DNA from: Tubulanus polymorphus
Taxonomy: Eukaryota; Animalia; Nemertea
DNA: 64,000 nt
Reading direction: 5' to 3'
NCBI RefSeq assembly: GCF_964204645.1
Contig: NC_134036.1
Location: forward strand, 4,680,600-4,744,599
Shown: positions 1-12,673 of the stretch, one piece after another
Position numbering within the stretch: position 1 is the first letter of the stretch
How the letters are laid out: every line of letters starts with the position of its first letter
Notes under the pieces: generated by a model
Databases searched by the model: none
What the model was told of the DNA's origin: nothing
What the model saw: only the letters and a program-made list of their open reading frames with translations
Made by a program: the position numbers and the translations under genes

Positions 1-876
1 TCTACTCGAAAGAAAGCTCATTTCAACTAAAAGGCAATTGGTCGAGTAAATACTATCAACACCTGTTGGATCATTGCTTGACAAAAGTCTCGATTGCCAG
101 AGTCGGCTTCCAAAATGATAAGAAAAATAACGAGATATAGAAATGTTTAGAAACGTAGAATTTAAACAGTAGGATCAACCAAGAAAACGAGAAATCGGAT
201 ATTTAGACGAAAATATCAAGACGTTTTTTCCCTTATAATGATTACTGGTTTGAGTTATGGACTAAATTCAATGGAAAGCACCTTCGAACATTCTATCGCA
301 GTGAAAAGGGCGCTGTAGAAATCAAATTACTTTTACTTAGCTACGATGTAATGAGGTGACAAAATTCACTCGATTTGCTTTTAACGTAAATTCCGAGTAA
401 TTTGCCGCAAGACCTAACCGAGATCGAACGGTGGCTACGTGTCGGGTCACCGCACGACGCAACCGGTGTAATCTTAATAATCTCGTCGCGTCGGGGCGAG
501 GGCAACGAAGATGAAACGGCGGCTAAATAGCCACCGGTTCGCGTCAAACTTTTGAACCCGACCGCCTCCTAAATACTCGACGCCGTATCGTCGACGCGGG
601 CGTGATTAGATTACATACGTTCTTGTCAGCAGTTTCGTCCTTCGATAAATGACACCTTATTATTATATTCGATACCGATTCGACTTCAGCGGCGAGCTTA
701 CTTAATCTTATATAATTCGTGTACGCGAGTCGCATATACGGCAACGTTACTGAAAGAAATCAAAGCTTTATAGGAAAAATGTCGAATCTGCACGGGCGTC
801 AAATGCCGGATATCGTTTTTTCGATACTTATTGCGCCACCGTATTTCTAAATCAAGATTTTTTAGGTTTGGCTCGA

Positions 877-1572
877 TACATTTCTGATTGATGATGAACT
901 GCACAAGATCACGCCATACGTTGGATATTTTATCGGCGCATTTTCAAAAACTGATCGTCCACACTCCAAGCGCGATAAGGACTTCACCTGAGACAATTTT
1001 AATCGAAGATGAACTACGAACGCCAGACATTTTTTCAGCTAACTTTTGAAAGCTGATCGCCCGCACATTTCACGTGTTCAGCGCTTCACCCTAGACATTC
1101 ATGATTGAAAATGGACGACAAACACCAGATAGACATTTTATCAGCACATTTTCAAAAACTGATCATCCAGTCTTGAGGCGGTGCTTTCCCCTGAGACATT
1201 CTTAATTGAGAATGAACTACAGACACCAGACATAAGACATTTTATCAGCTCACTTTTGAAAACTGATCGTCTAGACCTTACATATTGTGTTCAGATCTTC
1301 ACCCGAGATATTTTTGATTAAAAAGAAAAACTTCAAACACCAGACATTATACATTTAACGGCGCGCTTTCAAAATCTGATCGTCCGCACTTCACGTGTGT
1401 TCAGATCTTTTCCCGAGACATTTTTGATTGAAAATGAACAACAAACACCGGACATTTTATCAGCACACTTTTGCAAACCGATCGTCCATATCGTGCGCAA
1501 TTGCGTTCAGACATTAAGCCGATACATTTTTGATTGAAAAAATAACTACAAAAACCGGTCATAAAACATTCG
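877..1572 (+). repeat. Minisatellite family B (about 105-bp unit, core CTGATCGTCCACACTTCAC...GAGACATTT...AACTACAAACACCAGACATTAGACATTTTATCAGCAC), about 6 degenerate copies
   Basis: CTGATCG-type core recurs at about 951, 1053, 1159, 1263, 1376 and 1479. Confidence 0.9.
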
Positions 1573-3339
1573 CGATAGAACTTTACCAAAAAAAAAAAAT
1601 CGACGAATGTCTTGGTTTCGGACCGTATATGAACATTTCCAACCGTAAGTCGACAACAAGAAAATTGGAATCTTCCGAACGCGCATACGCGCACGGGTGC
1701 GGCCGTACCGATATGCCAAACGCACGTTAACAGGCTAAATGCGCATTGTACTGTCGTGAGCACGCGTTGACGTCATCACGACTCAATTAAGTCTCACGTA
1801 ACGGCCTTCTACCTAGGGTAATAATTCCGTACTAACAACAATAACAACAACAGCGAGCAGAAATCTGTATCAATCATATAAACCGTGTTTATTTATAGGA
1901 TTATTACGTGACTATTATCATACTCGGGATTGAGCTAATTAGCACGATCGCCTAGATGAATCGTGCGGTTCGTCGAAATACCAGATCGCGATACGGTTTC
2001 TTATTTCAGACGCGAGCGTGTTGGATTGAAATTCTAGTTCAGCCTCTTCGGTGATTACCCGGGTGTACCCGTGTTTTTGAGAACCGTGAGTTTGAGTGAA
2101 ATTAGTTTTCAATATACGCGAGTATCATCGGGCTGAAATTCGGGGTATTCAAGGCGTCATCTTCGTAATACGCAAATCTTTGTAAAATATCCTAATACAT
2201 GTAATTATGATGATTATGATAATGTTGACCATGATAATGTGTTTTTTTTCAAGCAAACCTGTCAGAACGCTTAATGAAGTTTCTTCAGATGGTTCCTAAA
2301 ATAGATCACTGCATGAAATGGCAAACTTGGTGGACAGGAAGCTTGCCATTAGAACAATCCATAGGCGACAACGATTCTCAGGATCTTCACGAAGGTGCAG
2401 ACCGGTTCCTGGTCTGATAAATGACCCCTAAGCGCCTTGTAGCTGCTCTGATGTTACTTCCCCCCATGGAGAGATGACTGATACATGGACTAGCATTTAT
2501 AGGCTGCGGTAATGATACTAGTTCAAACGAAAGTGCCGTTGGACCTTGAATCACAGTAAAGAAGGCCCTATAGAATTTCAATTACTTTTACTATCACTAT
2601 CAGTTCCCTAATTATCAAAGCTTCATCGTAGAATGTTTGAGATTAGTTGTTTAGCGCGCGCTACTATATTACCATCTAATTAGAGGCGTCTAAATTTAGC
2701 GGCTTAAGTCCAACAATCTGTAAGCGTAACATATAGCGCAAGCGCCTGGAGGTCTTCCAGTGTCTAAAAGCCGATTAGTTACGACGATATTATACAATAC
2801 CCACGTCCGTACCCCGAAGTGACATTCGATAATCGACATCCGATGTACGACGTACGTCCCTATTTGTAGATGCAGCTCTGGAAATCGACCGCGATTGTTG
2901 ACGCGAATCGAAAATCGATCGACGCGTATTGTCGAATCGTCGCAGGTAAACGCATAGAATCGACGATCGATTTTCGATACGGCGCCGGAAACCCGAAGCG
3001 CTCGCTGCTCGTCGTCGGTAACGGGGAGCACGAACATTAGCGACGCGGGTAAAACCCTTTGTCTCAGAGCACGACGCTTCGACGAGTAGCCGTTCGATAA
3101 CAAGTTTTATGGACCCCGATGTTTTTGTTTGCAAAATCGACCGAAGACTCGCGATTTCGAGGATTTTCTCCGTCGAGTCGGCCGACTTCTTTTTTCTTGT
3201 ACACGTTTTTAGAATATTCGATTTAAGATATGACGGAACAATCTGGGTTAAGATTTAACTCGGAGTTGCCCGATTGAAAAACTAAGTTTCATCTCCGAGT
3301 TAACTTACAATGGAACTGTAAGTCGAACTGGTTCAATAA

Positions 3340-3780
3340 GTTTTATCAACATACCCACCACCTTTCAAAAATTCATCTTTCACTTATGTTCGAGAATTCG
3401 CCGAGACATTGTCAACGGAAAATGAACAGGATTAGACATTTTATCAGCACGCGTTCGAAAAATGATCGTCCACACTTCACATGTGTTCAGCGCTTCAACT
3501 GAGACATTTTCAATTGAAAATTAACTACAAACACCAGATATTGGACATTTTATCAGCGAATTTAGAGAAAAAGACTTCACATTTGTTCATTGCTTCATCC
3601 GAGACATTTTCAAATGGATATAAACTTCAGAAAACTGATATTAGACATTTCATCAGTACACTTTTAAAATCTGATCGTCCACACTTCACTTTGTGTTCAG
3701 TGCTCCACCTGAGACATTTTCAATTGAAAATGAACTACAAACATCGGATACTAGACATAATCAGTAGAACACATTAAAAA
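3340..3780 (+). repeat. Minisatellite family B array
   Basis: Same 105-bp unit, about 4 copies. Confidence 0.88.
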
Positions 3781-4560
3781 GGTCTTTAGTTTTCACACTA
3801 TACACGCATAAAGTATGTGGAGGTATTTTTCCAAGGGCTTATCCAACCTTACGCACTATATAACGGTGAATGTCTTTAGGGATGGTTCAAGGCTGCATCG
3901 TAAATTACACCCAGAATCCGCCTGACGACATTCGCGCGGATCCACAGTTTCTAAACAACTCTATACGTCATCGGTAGACAGCGTTGAACGTCTCTCTAAT
4001 ATACTTCAGAATCGCTCGTAATAGCCGCGCGCGTTCATAATTCCATTTTCCTCAACGGCGCGGATTCGTTTTGCTACTGCTTAAGTTATCGGAAAATTGG
4101 AAAAAAACCTAAACTCCCAATAAGAGAGTTTCTCGGAATTCGCTTTGTGCGCTCATCGACGGCGCACGTATAGACTCGCGACTCGAGTTCTGATAAAGCT
4201 GCAGCGATGGAGTCTTCTCACGGACGCGATGAACCAGCAACGTTAACGAACGAATTCGATAATTTCGCCAAGTGCTTCTTTTCAGTATCGGAATATTTTT
4301 TTGGTTCGTATTGGATTTTTTGTTTCGGTTCGCATCTCGAAGAGAGAAGATGTGATGATGATGATTACGGATGCTTTTTAAACCGGAGCTGAATGTGGAT
4401 TCCATCATAAGAGCGAAGCGAGTGGTCATTTTTTTTACTCGGTCTAGGTCTGGACTGGTAGAATAATATTAATCTGGATTTGGCACATGTTACTTGAACG
4501 GGTTGTGTAGGCTCTGCCTCTTGTTGTAGGTAAAGATCAACTTAATAAAAATTCAATTCC

Positions 4561-4875
4561 GAGTTGGCGTCAGAGTAAGAGTTTGTGAAATACAGTAGAT
4601 TCTGTCTCTTACTGCGGTAAAGTTGAGACTGGTAAAATTCTACCCCGAGTTGGTGTCGAATACTGAGTAAGAGTTTGTGAAATACAGTAGACTCTGTCTC
4701 TTACTGCGGTAAAGTTGAGACTGGTAAAATTCTACCCCGAATTGGTGTTAACACTGAGTAAGAGTTTGTGAAATACAGAAGACTCTGACTCTTACTGCGG
4801 TAAAGATGAGACCGGTAAAATTCTACCCCCTGTTTGTGTCTAATACACGAAGAAATAGAGTTTGAGAAATACAGT
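4561..4875 (+). repeat. Minisatellite family C (about 92-bp unit GAGTTGGTGTC...GAGTAAGAGTTTGTGAAATACAGTAGACTCTGTCTCTTACTGCGGTAAAGTTGAGACTGGTAAAATTCTACCCC)
   Basis: About 3.5 near-identical tandem copies. Confidence 0.9.
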
Positions 4876-5554
4876 TAGACTTTACCCGATTGCGTTCACC
4901 AAGACAAGTAATCGATGCCGGGACCTTAAAGAAACTTTATGCGTATGTTCGGAATTGACAATATTGAATTCAAATTCCTATTTTCCCTCATTCCCGCAAA
5001 CGATGCTTTATCATCAGCCGAAAGGGTGCGCTACGCTTTTTGATCCAGTTTTAAGGACAAACGCGCTTTCTTTTTTTAAATTAAAACCTAATTCGTAGAA
5101 CGAATCGAAATCTGAATTACGTGACTTCCTCGTTCATCGCCTACTACAACAGCTACGCAACAAGTGTATTCGTCCTTTGTAGATGAAACTTATCTAATTT
5201 AAGCGCACAAAGGATCGTCTCATTTCCCGGAGGAGAAAATATAAAACGCTGCTCGCGATCAAAGAAACGCGACGATGTCGACGCTGTCGTAGCCGTCAGG
5301 CGTCTACAGCGATGAAACTAGCGCTTCCAATATCGGAAATATTTCGGCGACAGAGTTTGTTAACGAAACCTGACAATATATTTTTTTGCCTTTATTCCTC
5401 GCGCAGCGGGAGATGAAAAAGAGAGAATGTAGATAGCGAGATCAAGGGGTAGAGAGGGAAACTAGACCTAGCGGCGCTGTTTGTTGTTATGCGCGCCGAA
5501 TATCTGGGACTATCGGATTGAATTTTCTTTTGGTTGGGTTTTCGCTCGGGCCAT

Positions 5555-5870
5555 ACATGTGTTCGGTGCACACCTGAGACATTTCTATAATTGAAAATGA
5601 ACAAAAACACTAGGAATTAGATATTTTATCGGCACGCATCCAGAAATCGATCGTGCACACTTCACATTCGCTAACTTCACCCGAGACATATTCTGATTGG
5701 AATCGGCTTAAAAACACCAGATATTTGACATTTTTCATCAGCACACTTTCGAAACATAATCATTCGCATTTCGCGTGTGTTCAAAACTTCGCCTAATACA
5801 TTTCTTAAATGGATATGAACTACAAACACCGGATATCAGACATTTTATGAATGAACACACTTTCAAAAAG
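5555..5870 (+). repeat. Minisatellite family B array
   Basis: About 3 degenerate copies. Confidence 0.85.
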
Positions 5871-7672
5871 TGCCTGCATATGCGATGTATACACAGTGCC
5901 TGCATACACTAATTATCATTATTATCATTACCTTTACTATGATACCCATTAAAACGTATGTTAACTGTCTAGTTTACTCGCTTGGTCACCACATCATTTA
6001 GAAAATACGAAAAGTATTTCTATTCGAATCTGATCAGTACCGAGTCGTTAGTGAAAAACCGCAATATCCATCGCATATATTTCATATCACTTACATGAAT
6101 TTGTCTTCGTGAAATTGTCAGAGTCATTACGAACATATTTGTGACGGAAACCATAAGTGTACTCAGAACATGTAAACCACCATTTCCGCGCAGGCGCCGG
6201 CGAAAATGCAGCGACAAAAACGACGACGAAATTCGTCGGTGCTGTTAATTCGCGGCGCTAACGAATTCCGACAGGCAAACGATCGTAGGAACGTTCGGCG
6301 TTTAGTCCCCGCGCGCGCCGGCAGTCATTTCGTATTACCCGCAGGACTGTCAGCGCGGCGGCACCGGCGCGCCGTCGCGTTACACCGTTTTTCGTCTTCG
6401 TTAGTTTTTCGCGTTACCCTATATCCCGCGGGGATCGAAACGGCGGGCGACGGCGGGCGAACGGACGTATTGCGCCTCGCCTGATCGTCGTATCGACCGT
6501 GGGAAGTTACGTGGTAAAAAAGAAATCGCGTCCAGCTGCCGAACACGCGGTTCTGTCTGTGAGGCGAATATCGTTTTCCGTTATTGCGTCTTTCGTTTCG
6601 TTTTGGTCGGTACGTTTCACTGTCGGATCTCGGTTCTCGTTAAAAAGCGCTATAAATCAATTATCATCCCGCCGTGGTTCGGGTTCGCGACGAAACAGCG
6701 GTGGTTTTTGCGCACAGATATCGACTGAAGAAGAAAGCGCGTCCAATTTTGATTAGATGCTCGCTCGAGCTTCGGGGCCAATAAAGTACTTCAATAGTTT
6801 GTGAAACTAAATTAAGATGCTTTTAATGAACGAAAAAAGTGTACAGTATATCGAGTAAAAATGTCCGTCAAGTCAAATTAAACTCAAATATATCTGTAAC
6901 TTGGTTCAGAGATAAAAATCGAACTACGCACATGAAAGGCTTTGCGCATTAATTTGCGGGCAATTTTAGATTTTCCCTGATTGCACTGTGGTGTCGCTAG
7001 CACCGTCGCGGGGATGTACATGCAGACAACTACAAAATATAACTATTAAAGTCCGCGGACCTAATTCCTGACCGCACGAAAAAAGAGACACGACGCTGCC
7101 TATGACGCAAACGGAGACGCATTATCTCGGCGAACACGGACAAATCGAGCGCGTCTTATGCGGCCAACCGAGTGACGGGCGCGCGGTTCCTCCTCGCTCT
7201 ATACCGTCATCCGTCTAATCAAGCGAATAAAATATTCATTAGCGATTATGTGCAGCAGAATATTCTTACCGAGAATGAGTCTCGTAAGAAGACGACAACG
7301 GCAAAAACGTCGTTAACGCCGGCATAGAACGCGCGTGACGTATATAGAAACCGTCGACGGTTTCGCTGCCGATGATGCCGCAACTGCTTAACGAAGCCAT
7401 TCAGCGGTACAATCCTAGGCCGTGTAAGATTATTCCAATTTCCTTAGTAAATCGTTCGACGCGTTGAAATCGAGAGGCCGGGGTTGACACATTTAGGAAC
7501 TGATTCGCCGATCAGAATGATCGACCGCATATTTGAGAAGGTATTTTTTTTGTCGAACATCTTCGATGTGGGTGACATACTGCTGAAGTGTGTCATGGGT
7601 TTAAAATTCAAAAAAAAAATTGTGTGGTCGATCTTTCTTACGGGTACGGTAAAAACCTATTCGGCTAGCGAC

Positions 7673-8034
7673 ATTGAGAATGAGAAGGTCGTCATCATAG
7701 TAACTAATCATAATTTTACTGAATCGGTTATGTTAATTTTGAATGCGAAGGTAATTAGTTTCATTAGAAATGAATCATATTTTTGGTGAATTGTTGAAGT
7801 CATTGAGAATGAGTAGGTCGTAATCAGTAACTAATCATAATTTTACTGAATCGCTGAAGTCATTGAGAATGAGAAGGTCGTCATTATTAACTAAGCATAG
7901 TTTTACTGCATCGTTGAAATTATTGAGAAAGAAAAAGTCGACATCAGTAACTAATCATAATTTTACTGAATCGCTGAAGTTATTGAGAATGAGAAGGTCG
8001 TCATCAGTAACTAATCATAATTTTACTGAATCGT
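7673..8034 (+). repeat. Minisatellite family A (60-bp unit GAGAATGAGAAGGTCGTCATTAGTAACTAATCATAATTTTACTGAATCGTTGAAGTTATT)
   Basis: About 6 tandem copies aligned at a 60-nt period. Confidence 0.92.
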
Positions 8035-8398
8035 CCATGGTGAATATCGTCCGAAAAATACAACGTATATTTGGAGAGGCGATAACAAGATACGCGGCAT
8101 ATATTGTACCTGTATCGATGCGAAGGGCGACTTATATTGATATTTCTGTCACAAGTCGACGTTTTCTCCGCTAATGGACACCGGCGGCAACGCGCACGCT
8201 TCGGTACTAACCGTATATATGTAGCTATATATGATTATTCTTCGCCGGAGTTCACGAAATCAGTCGCGCGGGAACTAGTTCTAAGTGCAAGAATGTGTAA
8301 GCGATGCCAGGGAACTGATGACGACAGTCTGTGATGCGATCGGGCGTCTTATTATCAGTAGCTTAATGTTTGTTACTTACATAGCAACTTATCAGGAG

Positions 8399-9035
8399 GA
8401 CTTTCTCACTCGTGTCGACGATTCAGTAAAATTATGATTAGTAACTAATGGCGACCTTTTCATTCTAAATAACGTCAAAGATTCAGCAAAATCATGATTA
8501 GTTACTGATGGCGACTTTCTCATTCTCAATAACTTGAACGATTCAGTAAAATTATGATTGGTTACTAATGACGACCTTCTCATTCTCGATAATTTTGAAA
8601 TGGAAATCTTATAAGCCTCAACAGGTTTCTTCATTGTGTCCCTTCATCTCAAATTCTTGTATTTGTATTATTACTTTTGTTATTATCACAATTCAAAATG
8701 AAAGAATACATTATTATCATAATTTCAACGATTCAGTAAAATTATGGTTAGTTACTAACGACTACGTTCTCATTCTCAACGACTTCAACGATTCAGTGAA
8801 ATTATGATGATTAGTTACTAACGACAACCATCTTATTTTCGATGGCTTCGAAGATTCAGTAAAATTATGATTAGTTACTGATGACGACCTTCTCATTCCC
8901 AATAACTTCAACGATTCAGCAAAATTGTGGTAAGTTTCTAACCACAACCCGCTTGGTCTCGACGACTTCGACATTTCAGTAAAATTATGATTAGTTACTG
9001 ATGTCCACCTTTCCATTCTCAATGAATTTAGTTAC
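8399..9035 (-). repeat. Minisatellite family A, inverted, interrupted at about 8596-8719
   Basis: Reverse-complement unit GATTCAGTAAAATTATGATTAGTTACT repeated about 8 times. Confidence 0.9.
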
Positions 9036-9502
9036 TCCGGCGACGCCGACTTATTTTCAATCATTCGCATCTACATATTATTCGCCTAATCCACGCGCGT
9101 CCCTCAGCGCGGACGTCAAGTTAACGGCGGTAATTCATACGGCAGTATACACGTGAGTGCATATTTACATCGGGCATATACGTATAAACGTATCATCAAC
9201 TGTCCACAGCTCGCGAGTGCGGCCCCGGGGGCTCAGGCAAATATAGCAATACATTTCCATTAGCGGCGCGTATGCGCGAAGCAAATTGCCGAAAGCGACC
9301 CGTGATGTTAACAACAACTGACGCTAATTGGACCCCGGCAATCGTGGTATATTCAATGAACACCTGATGTGTGGCCGGATTGCGCTGACCGTTTCTAGCG
9401 AAAATCCGCCGGACGATGAAGATCAATATTATTATCGCACGGTTGAAATTAACATAATTCTCACATGGAAAGAAATAGACATCAACTGCTGACCATGCTT
9501 AC

Positions 9503-9676
9503 CGTTGTTTCAATAGATTAGGCCGGAGACAAAAAATCAACCTCTGGCTTTTCTTGGCCTCGCAAAAAAGCTCATTTTCTTTCTCTCTTTCCATAATCCC
9601 GCTGGTTGAAACATAGTAAATTTCAATATTTTCTCTGCTCTGACCTCTAGCCTCTGCATATAGCCTGTCACGCTTT
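9503..9676 (-). pseudogene. Isolated exon-like segment (174 nt, open frame KRDRLYAEARGQ...NLLKQ) in a CpG-poor block; possible gene or transposon fragment
   Basis: aatttgttttacag| acceptor and |gtaagc donor on the minus strand; length divisible by 3; open in phase 2. Confidence 0.35.
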
Positions 9677-9999
9677 CTGTAAAACAAATTTGAATTCGAA
9701 TTCATATTTTGACCAATCCCAAACTTGCATTATAAAATCTAATGCAAGGTATGCTTTTTATTCCTTCTATGCTTTAGATAATCTATGTCTCAAGATCCTT
9801 ACATGAAAATCTGATCAATATCCTTGAATAAGTGTAATTATTTGCATTCGATTGGACTGGTGGGCAATTCTTAATCTATTTTGAGGAATTGGCGATTTCT
9901 ACCTTGAGCGAATTTGTGCAGGTATTCAACTTATTGGATATTCATCTGCGACCCGGTGTTAGGCACCTGCCTTATCTATCGATCATTAGGATATAGTAC

Positions 10000-10300
10000 A
10001 AAAGACTTATACTAGTCATCTTCGGGCAAACTGCTGAGAATGACTAAAGATTTAGTCGAAACGTTCGAAAAGACTAAATCCTAATACGCATAAATATCTT
10101 CATCGGCATTCCTGATGATGACTGTTAGTAAATAGTCGATACACCGAAAAGACTATATCCTGATAGTCATCGTCAAGAAAATAGCTGTGTACGACGATAT
10201 TAGCATCTAGTCCAAACGTCGGAAAGACTATACTCTAAAAGTCATCTTCAGGAAAATCGCTGAGGATGACTATACGGATATAGTCTGATCGCCGATAATA
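10000..10300. ncRNA. Array of degenerate hammerhead-ribozyme-like motifs (Penelope type) in alternating orientation, about 75-bp period
   Basis: + strand cores CTGAGAA-T-GACTAAA/TTTAGTC-GAAACG (10034-10063), CTGATGA-T-GACTGTT/AATAGTC-GATAC (10112) and CTGAGGA-T-GACTATA/TATAGTC (10260); - strand partners CCGAAGATGACT, TTGACGATGACT and CTGAAGATGACT. Confidence 0.55.
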
Positions 10301-10828
10301 AATCGTTGACCAAAAGGACAACGGAGTCGATTTGCGTCCCGTGAGCGGCATCCTCTTCACGCATTCGTATATAAGGTGCCTACACGCATTAGATTGTACC
10401 GATATATCTCACGACGTGTTACCTATACTAAGCGATTTGAATTCACACGAGTATTTGATTAACGGCTAATGTATATAGTCGGTGTATGTTTCCCCCGGTT
10501 TTACGAGTCGATAACGCGCTAACCGTCTTAAGGCACGCGTTTCGCGAGGTGATAATTGCGACCACACCCAATCGCGCATCCGGTTCTTAATCGTATAGCT
10601 AACGACTCCGGCGTCGATATCGTATTATCGTAATATCACGCTTTATAAGCCATAGTTAGATCTTTAGGAGTATTTATCTCTGAGATGGATGGATAAATTT
10701 ATCGTTCACGGAAATGTGTTTGTATCATTGCCGATAATGATTCCACAGTTTCAACGGTTTAATGCACGATACCGACGCAGGTATTACAAGTCACAAGTTT
10801 GCGAGATTTAGCTAGCCACAGCGAGCGT

Positions 10829-10890
10829 CAGCAGCAGCAGCAGCAGCGGCAGCGGCAGCGGCAGCGACAGCGGCAGCGACAGCGACAGCG
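10829..10890 (+). repeat. Compound microsatellite (CAG)n(CAGCGG)n(CAGCGA)n
   Basis: Direct reading. Confidence 0.9.
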
Positions 10891-10953
10891 CGGCAACATG
10901 GGCCGATTTAACGAAGCTTAGTACGATAGCCATACTAAAACATCGTGAACGGA

Positions 10954-11175
10954 TAATAAGATTAAACCCACTATGTAAAAATTAAAAGAATTTTAAAATC
11001 GAGAATTGATTTATTCAAAAATCTAAAATATAAAATAGACGTAGTTTTCACACCTGACGACAATCTCTAGGGCGAGATCGGAACGTCGTGTATTTCATAT
11101 TTTAGATTTTTTGAATAAATCAATTCTCGATTTTAAAATTCTTTTTATTCGTACATAGTGGGTTTTTATCTTATC
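10954..11175. mobile_element. About 85-bp-arm inverted repeat enclosing a minimal hammerhead-like motif (11050-11091, +); Penelope-like element remnant
   Basis: Arms ...AAGAATTTTAAAATCGAGAATTGATTTATTCAAAAATCTAAAATAT and its reverse complement; loop ACAC-CTGACGA-C-AATCTC(TAGGGC)GAGATC-GGAAC-GTC-GTGT. Confidence 0.65.
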
Positions 11176-11489
11176 AACGAAGCTTATTGATTTTACACCA
11201 AAAAGTGAACCGTCGTCGCAAGCATAAATAATCATCAAATTGCTGTGCGGAACTGGCTTCGCGTAATTACAGACTGAAGCGATTATCAACAGTGTTTATA
11301 ATCGATATGGAAATATACGTATAACGATATGCATTATCTATTGTCAACCTGACGTCATAATTTTATTAAATGACATGGTAGAAAGGGATTTCGGGTTAGT
11401 TTCGGTATTGGTTTTCGAAGCTTGGCATATTCAAAAAAATGCAGGGTGCAGGCGATCTCGTAGAATAAGGTTGCAAGCTCAAAAGTCGA

Positions 11490-12060
11490 GTAAATAGCCA
11501 ATCTGAGCTCATTCTGGTTATCCAATCTAAAAAGATCAAGTCCAGTCTTAGCACGTCGTGCTTACCTAGCCAATAATAAAAACACCTTAGGGCTGGTCTA
11601 GACTTGTCTAGGATCTTTAACAAATCTCCCAACGTAAGACCGGTCCAAGCCCGAGCTTATCTTGATAACATAGTCGATGTAACAACTTGAGTCCAGTCTA
11701 AGCTGATTAAAGTTACGTCTAGCCAATCTAACCACGTTAGAACAGCGTATTAGCCCAAATTCATCATAGTTACATAGTCAATCTAACAACTCACTTCCAG
11801 TCTGAGAACAAGTTCATTGTAGTGGTAAACCTGACTTAACAACGTTAGCCCAGTGTAAGCTGATTATAATCAATTATAGTCTATAGCCAATCTAACAACA
11901 TAAAAACCAGTCTAAACCCATGCTTAGTATAGATACGTGGCCAACTTACAAATTAAAACCAATCTGAGCTGATTATAGTGACATTTGAATTCAAGATGTC
12001 GATCTAACAACTTTAGAACAAGCTGAGATCGTATTGGTCTTCTAACAAATCTAACAAATA
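11490..12060 (+). repeat. Degenerate minisatellite family F (about 47-bp unit, TAGCCAATCTAACAAC..AAGACCAGTCT), related to the MITE family 2 interior
   Basis: Recurring TAGCCAATCTAAC / CCAGTCTAAG motifs. Confidence 0.7.
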
Positions 12061-12673
12061 AGGAAGACTGTCATTAGGTATCACCATCACGTTTGGGCTG
12101 ACGTCACAAATGCGCAATCGAGTCCCGCAATTGAACGCGCTTACAAAATCGCGCACAGGCGCCGAAGAGTTGTTGAACGATACGCAAAACGGCTCGCGCG
12201 CGCGCGCACTAGAACCGGGACGACGCTTTTAGTAAATTTGATCTACTCGAAAACAACGCGACGAAACCATTACCGTCGACTATTGACAATGACGGTGATA
12301 ATGGATATATGATATTTGAATAGGAAATGAAACGGGGAATACTCGTCGTCAAACAGCGGATTAATTTCAAACGCGAAATGGAGAGGATTTCAGAAAAAAA
12401 AAGACGCGAACGATATTCCACACGACTAGTCGATATCATCGGTATGATGCGCCGCGTTGTCTCGAGGGAAGCGTGTGATACTCATTACGTACCTTAACAA
12501 CTTCGCGCGGAGAAATAGGAAACCGCTTTTGTTACTCCGTCGCCGGGAAATACGAAACTATATTGTCCTTATTTAATTCGGACCCTGGATACGATTTACC
12601 GCTGAAAAGAAGGTCATAAACATAAGCGCCTGATACATATGTAATCGCATCGTCGACGATATAATTAATAACT

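Noticed and set aside
7863-8174. ORFs with repeated MRRSSLVTNHNFTESLKLL peptides (also 8392, 8762, 12716, 47613, 49715)
   Set aside because: By-product of a 60-bp monomer that is stop-free in one frame; arrays occur on both strands with frameshifting indels and no splice signals.
8860-8900. CTGATGA in the reverse strand of satellite A as a hammerhead core (similarly 24666, 46365 and 50059)
   Set aside because: No convincing combination of a closed stem II, GAAA and a cleavage triplet with stem I.
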